A stretch of 64,000 bases of DNA from Octopus sinensis (taxonomy: Eukaryota), in the NCBI RefSeq assembly GCF_006345805.1, contig NC_043026.1:12875579-12939578 (forward strand). The letters run 5' to 3'. Each line of letters begins with the position of its first letter. Within the stretch, counting starts at the first letter, position 1. The position numbers were made by a program, and so were the translations under genes. The notes beneath the pieces were generated by a model that saw only the letters and a list, made by a program, of their open reading frames with translations, was not told the origin of the DNA and searched no databases. Shown in pieces: positions 50,177 through 62,940 of the stretch.

Positions 50177-51684
50177 CATACATACATATATATATATATC
50201 ACCATCACCATCACATGACCGACCAGTCCATCAGATGTAGTTACACATCGCTGGTCACAATGCGTTCGCATTGTTTTAGCCTTTGAATGACGCCACCCCG
50301 CTGGCTAAGCGAGCAGGCCAACAGAAGAAAGAGTGAGAGAAAGTTGTGGTGAAAGAGTACAGCAGGGATCACCACCATCCCCTGCCAGAGCCTCGGGGAG
50401 CTATTTAGGTGTTTTCGCTCAATAAACACTCACAACGCCCGGTCTGGGAATCGAAACCGCGATCCTACGACCGCGAGTCCGCTGCCCTAACTACTGGGCC
50501 ATTGCGCCTCCACATACATATATATACACACACACATACTGGCCCAAATAAGTTTAAGGTCGATCATGACAGTTCTATTCCTTCATTTATTTATTTTTAA
50601 CAAAACTGTATAAAATTATATAATAATAATAATAATAATAATGAAATTATTGTATACAGTGCTCAGGTGCACCACAACTTGTCAGAAAGTGCATATAAAG
50701 TACATGCAGTAATGTAGAAATGTCTGGAAAGTGAACATGCTTGTGTGTGTATGGAGGGGAGAAAATCAAGTGTAGTGTTGGCGAATCTCAGGAAGCATGG
50801 AAGTCTTGAAGGATGCAGTGCTCCGACAACTAACAACTGATGCCGGCAGTTTGTTCCACGCTTCAGCAACTCTCAGTGTGAAAAAATGTTTCCTGAAGTC
50901 ATGGGAGCTGTGCTGTTTTCTTACTTTGTTACAGTTTCTGTAGAATTTTTTTCACTTGTGAATGATATAGGCGTTATATATCTTTTTACAGTTTGAATAA
51001 TTTTAATTCACAATTAATTCAAATGATTAAAATTGTTGGCAAAATAATTTAAGGACCATACCAACATTATTTTGTTTAAACTGAAAAATTTACAGCACAA
51101 ATGATCAACGAACAATTTATTATTAGAATGTAGTTCCATAACCATTTATTTTCAATTACAGCAGGACATGGAGTTCGATGAATGAACACAAAAATCACTT
51201 GGAATGTGGATTGTTGTAAAGTCCACAAAGATAATCCATGGTTTAGCAGGGGAAACGTTTGTAGTTGTTGTTTGTTGTAAAGAAATTTGACAGCAATAAT
51301 CACATGTTTGTATGGATACACACGTCTACTTAAGCACAGTTTTTCAGAGAATGATTTTCTCCTGTATGAATATATTCCTGTCTAGTGAATTGTCGAGTGA
51401 CATCATCATATAATGATAATAATAATAAGAAGAAGAATTGTGTACAGTGCTCAGGTGCACTACAACTCATCTAAAGTGTATGTATAATCAGGTGTAGTTT
51501 CGGCGGATTTCGGAAAGCATGAGGGCCTTAAAGGATGCAGTGTCATGGCAGTCAACAACTGACGCAGGCAGTTTGTTCCATGCTTCAGCAACTCTGAGCG
51601 TGAAAAAATGTTTCCGAAGTTCAGTGTTGTTGTTGGCGAGGTGGTTGATAACTTTGTGGGTGTTTACCAAGTCCGTCGCCAGAC

Positions 51685-52505
51685 GCATCATCATCGTTTA
51701 ACATCTGCTTTCCATGCCAGCATGGGTTGGACGATTTTGACTGAGGGTTGGCGAACCAGATGGCTGCAACAGGATCCAATCTTGATCTGGCAGAGTTTCT
51801 ACAGCTGGATGCCCTTCCTAACGCCAACAACTCCAAGAGTGTAGTCGGTGCTTTTTACACATGCCACCGGTACAGGTGCCAGTAAGGTGATGCTGGTAAC
51901 GATCATGCTCGGATGGTGCCTTTTACGTGCCACCGGCAGGGAGGCCAGACGGCCGCTCTCTCAACGATCATGCTCGGATGGTGCCTTTTACGTGCCACCG
52001 GCAGGGAGGCCAGACGGCCGCTCTCTCAACGAGCATGCTCGGATGGTGCCTTTTACGTGCCACCGGCAGGGAGGCCAGACGGCCGCTCTCTCAACGATCA
52101 TGCTCGGATGGTGCCTTTTACGTGCCACCGGCAGGGAGGCCAGACAGCCGCTCTCTCAACGAGCATGCTCGGATGGTGCCTTTTACGTGCCACCGGCAGG
52201 GAGGCCAGACGGCCGCTCTCTCAACGATCATGCTCGGATGGTGCCTTTTACGTGCCACCGGCAGGGAGGCCAGACGGCCGCTCTCGCAACGATCATGCTC
52301 GGATGGTGCCTTTTACGTGCCACCGGCAGGGAGGCCAGACGGCCGCTCTCTCAACGATCATGCTCGGATGGTGCCTTTTACGTGCCACCGGCAGGGAGGC
52401 CAGACGGCCGCTCTCGCAACGATCATGCTCGGATGGTGCCTTTTACGTGCCACCGGCAGGGAGGCCAGACGGCCGCTCTCGCAACGATCATGCTCGGATG
52501 GTGCT
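51685..52505 (-). repeat. Family D element with an expanded 65-bp minisatellite (9 full units, 51901-52485)
   Basis: Unit gatcatgctcggatggtgccttttacgtgccaccggcagggaggccagacggccgctctctcaac. Confidence 0.9.
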
Positions 52506-53144
52506 GATTTACCACAAATATCACAGTGAAATAGTTTCTCTCCTGTATGGACATGTTTATGTCTCCATAATTCACTACTTTGAGAGAATGTTTTGCTACA
52601 AATATTACAAAGAAATGGATTATCTACTGTATGAATACATTTGTGTCTAGTTTAAGTCGGTACTTTCAGGGACTGACCCCAGATTATCACAGAGATATGG
52701 CTTCTGTATTATATTACTCATTTACTTGTTTCAGTCATTTGACTGCGGCCATGCTGGAGCACCGCCTTTAGTCGAGCAAATCGACCCTGGGACTTATTCT
52801 TTGTAAGCCCAGTACTTATTCTATCGGTCTCTTTTGCCAAACCGCTAAGTAACAGGGACGTAAACACACCAGCATCGGTTGTCAAGCAATGCTAGGGGGA
52901 CAAACACAGACACACAAACATATACATATATATATATACAAATATACGACAGGCTTCTTTCAGTTTCTGTCTACCAAATCTACTCACAAGGCTTTGGTCG
53001 GCCCGAGGCTATAGCAGAAGACACTTGCCCAAGGTGCCATACAGTGTGATTGAATCCGGAGCCATGTGGTTGGTTAGCAAGGTGAGAAATAAGCTTACGT
53101 ATCTGAGATGAAGATTTACTGCAAATATCACTGTGAAATAGTTT

Positions 53145-53999
53145 CTAAACTGTGTGTTTGTGAGTAGTTAAGGCAGTACTTCTGGAAAATGATTTGCCAC
53201 AAATATTACAAAGAAATGGCTTCTCTCCTGTATGAATACGTTTGTGTTTAGTTAAGTTGCTACTGTCCGAGAATGAGTTACCACAAATATCACAGTGAAA
53301 TGGTTTCACTCCTGTATGAATACGTATGTGTTTAGTAAAATCGCTACTTCGAGAGAATGATTTACCACAGATATCACAGTGAAATGGTTTTTCTCCTGTA
53401 TGAATACGTTTGTGAGTAGTTAAGGCACTTTTTTTAAAGAATGATTCATCACAGGTATCACAATTGAATCGTTTCCCTACTGTATGTATGCGTTTGTGTC
53501 TAGTTAAGTTGGTACTGTCGGAGAATGACTGACCACAGACGTCACAGTCAAATGGTTTCTCTCCTGTATGGATACGCATGTGAGTGGTTAAGTTGGCGCT
53601 TTCTGAGAATGACTGACCACAGATATCACAATGAAATGGCTTCTCCCCTGTATGAACACGTATATGTCTAGTCAAGTTGCTACTCTCCGAGAATGAGTTA
53701 CCACAGATATCACAGTGATATGGCTTCTCTCTTGTATGGGTACGTTTGTGAGAAGTCAAGTTACAGAGTTGAGAGAAAGATTTACTACAAATGTCACAGT
53801 GAAACGGTTTCTCCCCTGTATGAACACGTTTGTGTCTAGTTAAGTTGGTATTTACTGCGAATGATTTACCACAGATATCACAATGATATCGTTTTCCTTC
53901 TGAAGGATTACATTTTTGCTCTTTTAAATTATCATTTTCACAGAATGGTTTATCACTGATATCAGAGTGGTCTGATGATTCTTGTGTATCTTTTGACAT
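53145..53999 (-). CDS. C2H2 zinc-finger protein E (8 intact fingers plus a truncated ninth)
   Basis: ATG at 53999, acceptor at 54421-54422. Paralogue of D. Confidence 0.85.
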   Translation of the reverse strand: MSKDTQESSDHSDISDKPFCENDNLKEQKCNPSEGKRYHCDICGKSFAVNTNLTRHKRVHTGEKPFHCDICSKSFSQLCNLTSHKRTHTREKPYHCDICGNSFSESSNLTRHIRVHTGEKPFHCDICGQSFSESANLTTHMRIHTGEKPFDCDVCGQSFSDSTNLTRHKRIHTVGKRFNCDTCDESFFKKSALTTHKRIHTGEKPFHCDICGKSFSRSSDFTKHIRIHTGVKPFHCDICGNSFSDSSNLTKHKRIHTGEKPFLCNICGKSFSRSTALTTHKHTV

Positions 54000-56393
54000 T
54001 TCTCCAAGGAATAAAAATAAAACCAAATCCTTTAGCTGTTTCACCCTATTACATTAATCCCTTGAAATTATTCTTTGTTCATCACAATATTTCAATAGTT
54101 TTCCTGTGTCTGTTTTTACACAAATACCTCTGTGGTAATCAACTGTGATCGTTATCGATGTCTAAAGATGCTGCAAACCCCTTTAGAAATATATTCAAGT
54201 TTAATTAGAATGCAAAAACACCAGGTAATAAAATAGAGAAATGTTGCTATGAATCTCAGGTGAGAGCCAATATTTCACAGCAATCCAGCCCTAGATTTTT
54301 AGCAGTAGGGTTATTATATCTGTTCCCTAAGACAGTTTCCTTTAGTCTTTAAGACATGATAGATATTCCAGATGTATCCAATGTACAGAAGTCGTTTTTG
54401 TGCCAATATCATTCGTAAATCTGAAATAATAAAGAAACAGTATTTAGATAGAGAGGAGAGATCAAAATGGAAGTGTTACAACATTTCTATAACGATTAAC
54501 AAATGACATCAAATAACATTGGGTGGAATAAAAATATTTCTAAACTACAGCTACACCTTCACATTGTCTAAGATTATATACTTTTCTTCTTTCAGTCATT
54601 ACTCTGTGGCCATGCTGGGGCACCACACTGGAGAATTTGAGGCAAACGAATTGATCTCAATACTTATAAATTAATCTATAGGTTTCGTTGTTATTTATTG
54701 CATTGGTCTCTTTTCCTGAGCTGACAAGTTACAGGGACATAAACAAACCAACACTGGTTATCAAGTTTGGCGTTGGGTGAGACACACACATACATGAATG
54801 TATATACGACAGAGTCTTGCTGGTTTCATCACCATGTGTAAGAGAAAAACATTTACAAACAGAAAATTGCGTTAGTAAAATAAATTATCTTTAAAATAAC
54901 TTTAAATTATTACAGCTTCCAGTGTTTCTGGTTTTCAATGAGAAACAAGTTGAAGGCAACTCTTCTTTCTCGTTTTTGATGAGACCCTTCTTTGTTTATT
55001 CCTTCTCGAGCCATGCCTGGCTCATAAGGGTCGGTTTCCCGGTTTCCTTGGCGTATAGGTTCCCCACCTGGACGGGAAGCCGATCCGTCGCAGGTGAGCT
55101 GCAAGATGCAGGAGGAAAGAGTGAGAGAAAATTGTGGCGAAAGAGTCAGCAGAAGTTCGCCATTACCTTCTGCTGGAGCCATGTGGATCTTAGGTGCATC
55201 GCTCATAAACACACACCTTGCCCGGTTTCAGATTCGAACCCGCAATATTCAGGAACCTTTTTGCCTACAGCTTTCTCATCCCCGTCTGTCTCCTCTCTAA
55301 CGGTATCGATATTATTGAAAACAGTTTGTTTTACAAGTGTACAAGCGATTCACGTTCTCCTTATTATAATTTTCGAGCAATTCTTGAAGTTGGCAAACGT
55401 CTGAGTCAATTAATTACGGTTCAGTTTCTTGTCTTAGATATCACAGACTTCTGTTTGCAAGGGTGGATCAGATGTAACGAAGATATAGTCTCTACTTACC
55501 AGTAGAATGTTTGATATAAAGTCCAAACAAAAAAGGAAGGAGGCCGAGGAAAGTTCATCGACTGATTTCTTGTTGATTAAAAGCCATTTCCCCTTTTTCT
55601 GTAAAATAGGGGAAAACCAATTAACGACGTAAAGATGTGATTAAATTAAATAATTAACCAGGAAAGTGATGGAACACCGACCCTCAAACATGCAGTTGGC
55701 CCAGTTTTGTACACAAACAGTGAAGTTTTCAACACGAGATAATTAACACATATAATATAATTAGATTTAGTTCAATTAATTAGAAACCCGAAGACTAGGC
55801 AGTGTCCTTGGTAATTTTCCAGTGTCAATGAGGCCGGTGACATATTTTAAAAGTCCCCAACATAATATAACACCGAGAAACAGCTTCAGCTATATTCATT
55901 TTATTTCTTTTACTTGTTTTAGTCATTTGACTGCGGCCGTGCTGGAGCACCGCCTTCAGTCGAACAAATCGACCCCCAGGACTTAATCTTTGTAAAGGCT
56001 AGTACTTATTCTATCGGTTTAATTTTTCTGAACCGCTAAGTTACAGCAGGTAAACACACCAACATCGGTTGTCAAGCGATGTTGGTGGGGACAAACAGAC
56101 ACACGAATACGTGTATGAGGTTGAGGGAGAAGTAAGCAACGTTTGGAACCAGGAAGAATTTGTACCGGATTTTTGTAGAGTTTTGAATATTTTAAAAACG
56201 TTTTTTGACAATTGTCTGATAATACAGACATAGACTTTCCCAAATGCATCAATAAATTAACATTGATATTTTTTGTGTGTGTCTGGGGGGGGGGGCATTG
56301 TTGCAATAATTTGAAATGGAAGCGTCAAAGCGCGATATTTTGATGTTCAAATTAAAAAAAGAACGTAAATTAGCGGAAACTGTTCCCGATATC

Positions 56394-56800
56394 AACTAGA
56401 GAAGCACTCGGAGAGCGCAGACCTCCGCCAAGCAGCTCCTTTTAAGATAGATACGCGAGTAAAATTACTAAAAGAAAAACGAAAATAAACTTTGGAAACA
56501 GCAACACCACCATAGGTTACGTGGAAACGATGAACGTGTTTTCAAGGGAGATAACCAAAGAACGTAACATTGTGATACTTAGTGTAAAGCAAATATAACA
56601 AATGAAAAATCCTTCAAGAATCCATAAAAATTCTCGGATCACTACCAAAATTTCACCATCTGTTCCTTGTTTCATTACTAAATTTTCTTGCAAGTTTCAT
56701 CAAATACTGTTCGCAACTTTTTGAGTTATTTTGCACACAGCCAGACAGACAAACCAACGCTGATGAAAACATAACCTCCTTCCTTGGCGGAGGTAATAAA
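56394..56800 (-). mobile_element. Helentron/DINE-1-like non-autonomous rolling-circle element
   Basis: Subterminal inverted repeats acctccgccaag / cttggcggaggt, adjacent short IR, (gaca)n microsatellite, terminal hairpin gcactcggagagcgc next to ctag. Confidence 0.7.
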
Positions 56801-57071
56801 ACTCAAGAATGGTTTAAACGATTTCGCAGCGGAGACCAGAGCCTTGAAGATCGTGAGCATAGTGGACGCCCATCTGTCATCAATGATGATCAATTAAAGA
56901 CTGTCATTGAAAAAGATCCACATAAAACCACTCAAGAACTGGCAAAAGAACTTCAAGTCAGCCAGAAAACTGCCTGCAACCATTTGCATGCAACCGAAAA
57001 ATCAAAGAAGCTCGACAAATGGGGTCCACACGATTTGAATGAAAATCAGAAAATGCGCAGATATGAAATTT

Positions 57072-57302
57072 GGCGGTGAGCTGGCAGAATCGTTAGCATG
57101 CCGGGCGAAATGCTTTGCAGTATTTCGTCCGCCGCTGCGTTCTAAGTTCAAATTCCGCCGAGGTCGACTTTGCCTTTCATCCTTTTGGCGTCGATAAATT
57201 AAGTACCAGTTACACACTGGGGGTCGATGTAATCGACTTAATACCTATGTCTGTCTTTGTTTGTCCCCTCTGTGTTTAACCCCTTGTGGGTAATAAAGAA
57301 AG
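57072..57302 (+). mobile_element. SINE family B inserted in the mariner ORF
   Basis: 13-bp TSD agatatgaaattt on both sides. Confidence 0.9.
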
Positions 57303-58848
57303 AGATATGAAATTTGCTCGTTGCTTCTTCTCCATAACAAAATCGTTCCATTTCTTGACCATATTGTAACTTGCGATGAAAAGAGGATTCTGTACAATAA
57401 TGAAAAAATGTTTTCTGCAGTGATTGAACCAAAATGAAGCAACGAAAACCTTCCCTAAACACAAGCTCTTCAGAGAGAAGGTTATTGTGACTGTTTGGTG
57501 GTGTACTGCTGGACTCTTCCACTATAACTCCTTAAAACCTGGAAAAACCATTACTGCAGAAACATATTGCCATGAAATTGCCGAGATGAATGCAAAACTG
57601 AATCTTCTCCGTCCCAGAAGGGTCAACAGAAGGGGGCCAATATTTCTTCATGACAATGCTCGAACACTCGTTTCACTAATGATGCTCCAGAAGTTGAGGG
57701 AACTTGGCTACAAAGTTTTCCCCCACTCAGCTTATTCCCCAGACTTTTCTCCTAATGACTACCACTTTTTCAACCACCTTGATGGTTTCTAGCGAGAGAA
57801 GGAGTTAAAAAATCAAACCAATATTGAAAGTGCATTCAAAGGGTTCATCAGCTCCAGAACTCCCTAATTTTATGTTACAAACTTGTAACCCATTGGTAAC
57901 TCATCATCAAAGCCACTTCTTTTTCTGGAAAAGAAAGTGGGTGGGTGATGTGGGACCTCGAAGTTTCCGGGAACCCAGAAAAGAAAGATTTGGCAGCTCT
58001 TATCTAACATGCCCTGCTACCGCGTAACAACTATTTGTAATAAAGGGCCTGCCGTGATCGCAAATAGTTGCTAAAATTTACCCAAACAAATATAGTAAAT
58101 AAAAAGCACCAATCCGACCGTGGCCGTTTGCCAGCTCTGTCTGGCACCTGTGCGGGTGGCACGTAAAAAGCACCCACTACACTCACGGAGTGGTTGGCGT
58201 TAGGAAGGGCATCCGCCCGTAGAAACACTGCCAGATCTGACTGGGCCTGATGAAGCCTTCTAGCTTCACAGACCCCAGTTGAACCGTCCAACCCATACTA
58301 GCATGGAAAACGGATGCTAAATGATGATGATGATGATGATGAAAAATAAGAAATAAAAACATGACTTTTATAAATTATTTATCTTTATTTAGAAACGTAT
58401 AATGAACAGGTTTCACAGGATACAACTTTACACAGGCGAAAACCTTAAAGTTGACACCGTTCGCGACAATGAAAGTTTATTATTGGTTAAAAACAGTTTT
58501 TTGATTTTTAAACATCTGCAACTTTTTCTTCAAATTTTTTCTCAATAAATTCTTTGGTTCAAATAAATGTTTTAATATAACAAAATTTCAGATTTTTTTA
58601 TGTCATCTGAAAAAGGGGGCTGATTTTGTGACTCATCCTAAGCAGATCCAAGTACAGTGAATATCGTCCTTCACAATTTGCTACTCATATGAAGTACATA
58701 TGTATTTCAACAATTTCTATCAAATTTGTTGACTGCCATGACACTGCATCCTTTAAGGCCCTCATGCTTTCCGAAATCTGCCGAAACTACACCTGATTAT
58801 ATATACACTTTAGATGAGTTGTAGTGCACCTAAGCACTGTACACAATG

Positions 58849-58880
<32 letters not shown>

Positions 58881-59332
58881 ATACACTCTCTTTTTTAAGC
58901 ATAAAAATCCTCTTCCTGAGTGACAATAACTTATATGTCAGACTGTGGCACAAGTTTTAGCTGTTTTGATACGAGAAATCGGTAAGGTTTGAAATGATTT
59001 CATTGGCATTTGTACCAAAGAGTGCTCTTTTGACAGACAACACATTGATCTCATAAATGTTACATGGTAGAAATAAACACAATTACCAGACTTTCATTCA
59101 TAAGACCATTTCTCATTCCATTTTTTTGCATTTCAATTTGTACATTTGTATAACCAACTGTTTACAAGTGCATTTGTCAAACAACGTCCTTTTTTTTTTT
59201 TTAAACATTATCTGCTGATATCAAAATAAGTAGTATATTGAAAAATAAAAATATTTTGTAAGTAGGGAGCCATTTGTGATTCCAAGGGTCAAAAGAGGGT
59301 ATTTGGCCAAAAATGGGTTAACAACCTTTATT

Positions 59333-59746
59333 CTAGAAAATCGATCTGGAGAAACTTCTGGATTTCATTTGGCAGAGGCTGTAGACTGCCAATTGTAGTT
59401 TCTGATTGCTGGTTTCTGATTGCTCGACTGATTTTGAAACCCTTACACTTCTCATGTTGGCTGCATTGGCAGCTCTCCTACATCCAGCTTGTTCGGGGGT
59501 TTCCGATGCCCTTTTTCTCCTCTTGGTAAGAGCATTTAATGCTCTTCGGGATGCAGCTTGTTCAGGGGTTTGAGACTCCCTAAGTTTTTGCATGTTCTCA
59601 GCATTGCAGGCTCTCCTCATTGCAGCTTTCTCTGCATTTTCATTCGCACGGGACTTTCTCTTCCTCGCTGCATCCTTGGCCCTTTTTATTGCAATCTCTT
59701 CCTCTGTTGGTGGAGATTTATTTTTAGGGGGCATTCTGCTGCCCAT
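59333..59746 (-). CDS. Basic helical protein with four 23-aa STPR-like repeats
   Basis: PTEEEIAIKRAKDAARKRKSRAN / ENAEKAAMRRACNAENMQKLRES / QTPEQAASRRALNALTKRRKRAS / ETPEQAGCRRAANAANMRSVRVS. Candidate 60-nt GT-AG intron 59758-59817 just upstream. Confidence 0.6.
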   Translation of the reverse strand: MGSRMPPKNKSPPTEEEIAIKRAKDAARKRKSRANENAEKAAMRRACNAENMQKLRESQTPEQAASRRALNALTKRRKRASETPEQAGCRRAANAANMRSVRVSKSVEQSETSNQKLQLAVYSLCQMKSRSFSRSIF

Positions 59747-59967
59747 GGGATAGGCAACTACACAAGAACTCTAGATTGATCGCCGCATTCAAGCATTACA
59801 TAAATATTTAAGCTTACCTTTTAACAGTTCAATGCTAATTCTTCTGTCGTCCCTTAATTTAAAGACAATTTGATGTAGTAGCTCCTTACTTTTTGTACAA
59901 ACAATTATTTCTATTTCATGAATGACTTTCACTGGATTTCGCAATAAATTTTGATTATTCCCAAATT

Positions 59968-60430
59968 TATATCAGAGTGGTATGATGACTCCTGTATATC
60001 TTTTGACATTTCTCCAAGGAATAAAAACAAAACCAAATCCTTTCACTGTTTCACCCTGTTACATTAATCTCTTGAAATTATTCTTTGTTCATCACAATAT
60101 TTCAATAGTTTTCCTGTGTCTGTTTTTACACAAATACCTCTGTGGTTATCAGCTGCGATCGTTATCAATATCTAAAGATGCTGCAAACTCCTTTGCAAAT
60201 ATATTCAAGTTTAATTAGAATGCAAAAGCACCAGGTAATGAGATGGAGAAATGTTGCTATGAATCTCAGATGAGAGCAGATATTTCACAGCAATCCAACC
60301 CTAGATTTATAGCAGTAGGGTTATTATATCTGTTCCCTAAGACATTTTCCTTTAGTCTTTAAGACATGATAGATATTCCAGATGTATCCAATGTACAGAA
60401 GTCGTTTTTGTGCCAATGTCATCTGTGAAT
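59968..60430 (-). pseudogene. Truncated ZNF paralogue J: leader and first 13 codons only
   Basis: Homologous to D and E from the acceptor (60431-60432) to MSKDIQESSYHSDI (ATG 60009), then unrelated sequence and a stop after 26 aa. Confidence 0.8.
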
Positions 60431-61074
60431 CTGAAATAATAAAGAAACAGAATTAGATAGAGAGGAGAGATCAAAAGAGAAATGTTACAACATTTCTTTA
60501 TTAATTAACAAACGACATCAAATAACATTGGGTGAAATCTAAAAATTTGTAGACTAAAACTACTCCATCACATTGTCTAAGATTATATACTTTTCTTCTT
60601 TCAGTCATTACTCTGTGGCCATGCTGGGGCACCACACTGGAGAATTTGAGGCAAACGAATTGATCTCAATACTTATAAATTAATCTATTGGTTTCGTTGT
60701 TATTTATTGTATTGGTCTCTTTTCCTGAGCTGCCAAGTTACAGGGACATAAACAAACCAACACTGGTTATCAAGTGTTGGTGCTGGGGGAGACACACACA
60801 CACACACACATGAATGCATGTATATATGGCAGGCTTCTTTTAGTTTCCAAATTTACCAAATCCTCATGTAACTCTTCAGCGTAAGGCTATAGTAAAAGAC
60901 ACTTGCCCAAGGTGCCATACTGTGGAACTGAACCCAGAACCATATGGTTGGGAAGCAAACTTCTTACCACATAATTACAATGTTGGCATTACTCATTTTT
61001 GCCAGCTGAGTGGACTGGAGCAACATGAACAAGAACACAACGTGTCGCCCGGTCCAGGAATCGAAACCACAATC

Positions 61075-61618
61075 TTAAGTTAAGTTAATTTTTTGGCTCA
61101 AAAAGCAAGGCCATGTAGGGGGACATGGAGTTATGTACAGGGAGGGTGTTCATGCAAAGAGTTCAGGCCATTTCTGGTCAAGAGAGACTTTGAACCGAGC
61201 GGTCGTCGACATCTTCACCATCTCGTCCAGCAGCTTATTCCATGGATCTGCAAACTGGACGGAGAAAGCCCCTCTCCTTCGATTGGGATGAAATCGTCGC
61301 AGATAGAGCTTTTCGGAGTGACCCCGCAGCCGACGCTCTATGTGTGTCTGTGTGTGTATATATAGTTAAGTTAATTTTTTGGCGCAAAAAGCAAGGCCAT
61401 GTAGGGGGACATGGAGTTATGTACAGGGAGGGTGTTCATGCAAAGAGTTCAGGCCATTTCTGGTCAAGAGAGACTTTGAACCGAGCGGTCGTTGGCATCT
61501 TCCCCATCTCGTCCGGCAGCTTATTCCACGGATCCGCAATCCGGACGGAGAAAGCCCCTCTCCTTCGATTGGGATGAAATCGTCGCAGATAGAGCTTTTC
61601 GGAGTGACCCCGCAGCCT
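61075..61618 (-). mobile_element. Two tandem 3' ends of a second CR1-type LINE
   Basis: Minus translation RLRGHSEKLY..RF...RRGAFSV...PWNKL...FKVSLDQKW, (ttaac)n tail. Copies at 61075-61333 and 61364-61618. Confidence 0.75.
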
Positions 61619-62354
61619 ACGATCATGATGCTGACACCCTAACCTCTAAGCCACGTGCCTCCACAAATATATTATACCCAGTGATTTTAAGAGGTATGAG
61701 AAAGATATTTTGCTTTTATATCATACCTTTACTTGTTTCGCACATATACATAAACTTTCATGTGTATTTTAGATGAATTCTTTATCATTCTTTATCTCTC
61801 CATAGACTTCGTTTTCACTCACTTCTATAACCTCTGCATTTTCACTAATTATTAATTTCAAACTTCTTTGAATTTCCAGTCTAATGTAATCCACATTCTC
61901 TCGAAAACACATTTCTGCAAAATGTTATCTGAAATTATGGGACTGAACCCGATACCAACATCATGGTTCCGGGTTCGGTCCCACTGTGTGGCACCTTGGG
62001 CAAGTGTCTTCTACTATAGCCTCGGGCCGACCAAAGCCTTGTGAGTGGATTTGGTAGACGGAAACTGAAAGAAGCCCGTCGTATATATGTATATATATAT
62101 GTGTGTGTGTGTGTGTTTGTGCGTCTGTGTTTGTCCCCCTAGCATTGCTTGACAACCGATGCTGGTGTGTTTACGTCCCCGTCACTTTGCGGTTCGGCAA
62201 AAAGAGACCGATAGAATAAGTACTGGGCTTACAAAAGAATAAGTCCCGGGGTCGATTTGCTCGATTAAAGGCGTTCCTCCAGCATGGCCGCAGTCAAATG
62301 ACTGAAACAAGTAAAAGAGTAAAAAGAGTAAAGAAAGAAACAGCAAAAGATATT

Positions 62355-62940
62355 TGAAAACGGTGGGGTGAAATTTCCGACTGTTCCACCCCACCCACCC
62401 CGTTTTCCAGACCAAACAAGGGGAGGGGGGTTCTGTGGCATATTACGATCTCACTGTAATTCATTCAATGAAAAGAAAAACAACAACATTTCCAGTGTTT
62501 CCAAGATGAGGGGGAGGGGTCCGGTTCCTCCCCCCCCCCGAACAAAAATATGGGGTTTGCAGCATATTAGGTGTTCAGAGTACTTGATTTCTTGCAAAAA
62601 ATCCGAGGTTTTTTTTTTTTTTCCTGATTGAAAATCGTGTGGGTGTGCTTCCCAAAGGAGTGGGGTGGTGAAATTTCCGAGGATTCCACCCCACCCCACC
62701 CCGTTTTCCGGACCAAAATAAGGGGGTTTGTGACATATTAGGCAGCCACCGTAATTCATTCAACGAAAAAAAAAAAAAAATTTCAAATGATTCCGGGAGT
62801 GGGGGAACCCCCACCTTTTTTCCGAACAAAAATAAGGTGTTTGCGGCATATTAGGAAAGTCAGAGTACTTGATTCCACGCAAAAATTCCGAGGTTTTTTT
62901 TTTTTTTTTTTTTTTTCCTAAGTGAAAATCGCGCGGGTGA
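62355..62940. repeat. Two diverged ~300-bp tandem units, unclassified
   Basis: gtgaaatttccga..ttccaccccacc, ccgaacaaaaata and cagagtacttgatt...aaaaatccgaggtttt each occur twice. Confidence 0.7.

Larger units (their letters stand above)
56316..57875 (+). mobile_element. Disrupted mariner (DD34D) transposase with two nested insertions
   Basis: EWFKRFRSG..LED.E.SGRP, KWGPHDL, IVTCDEK, HDNAR..34 aa..YSPDFSPNDYHFF. TIRs not identified. Confidence 0.85.

Noticed and set aside
51848-52650. Three overlapping 200-245 aa ORFs
   Set aside because: Stop-free GC-rich 65-bp minisatellite read in all frames; the same holds for 2286-2736, 13474-13985 and 30348-30830.
58325-59320. Possible transposon ends flanking the STPR ORF (cagtg near 58658, gggttaa at 59314-59320)
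   Set aside because: No partner TIR or TSD was found, so the boundaries of the donor element cannot be defined.
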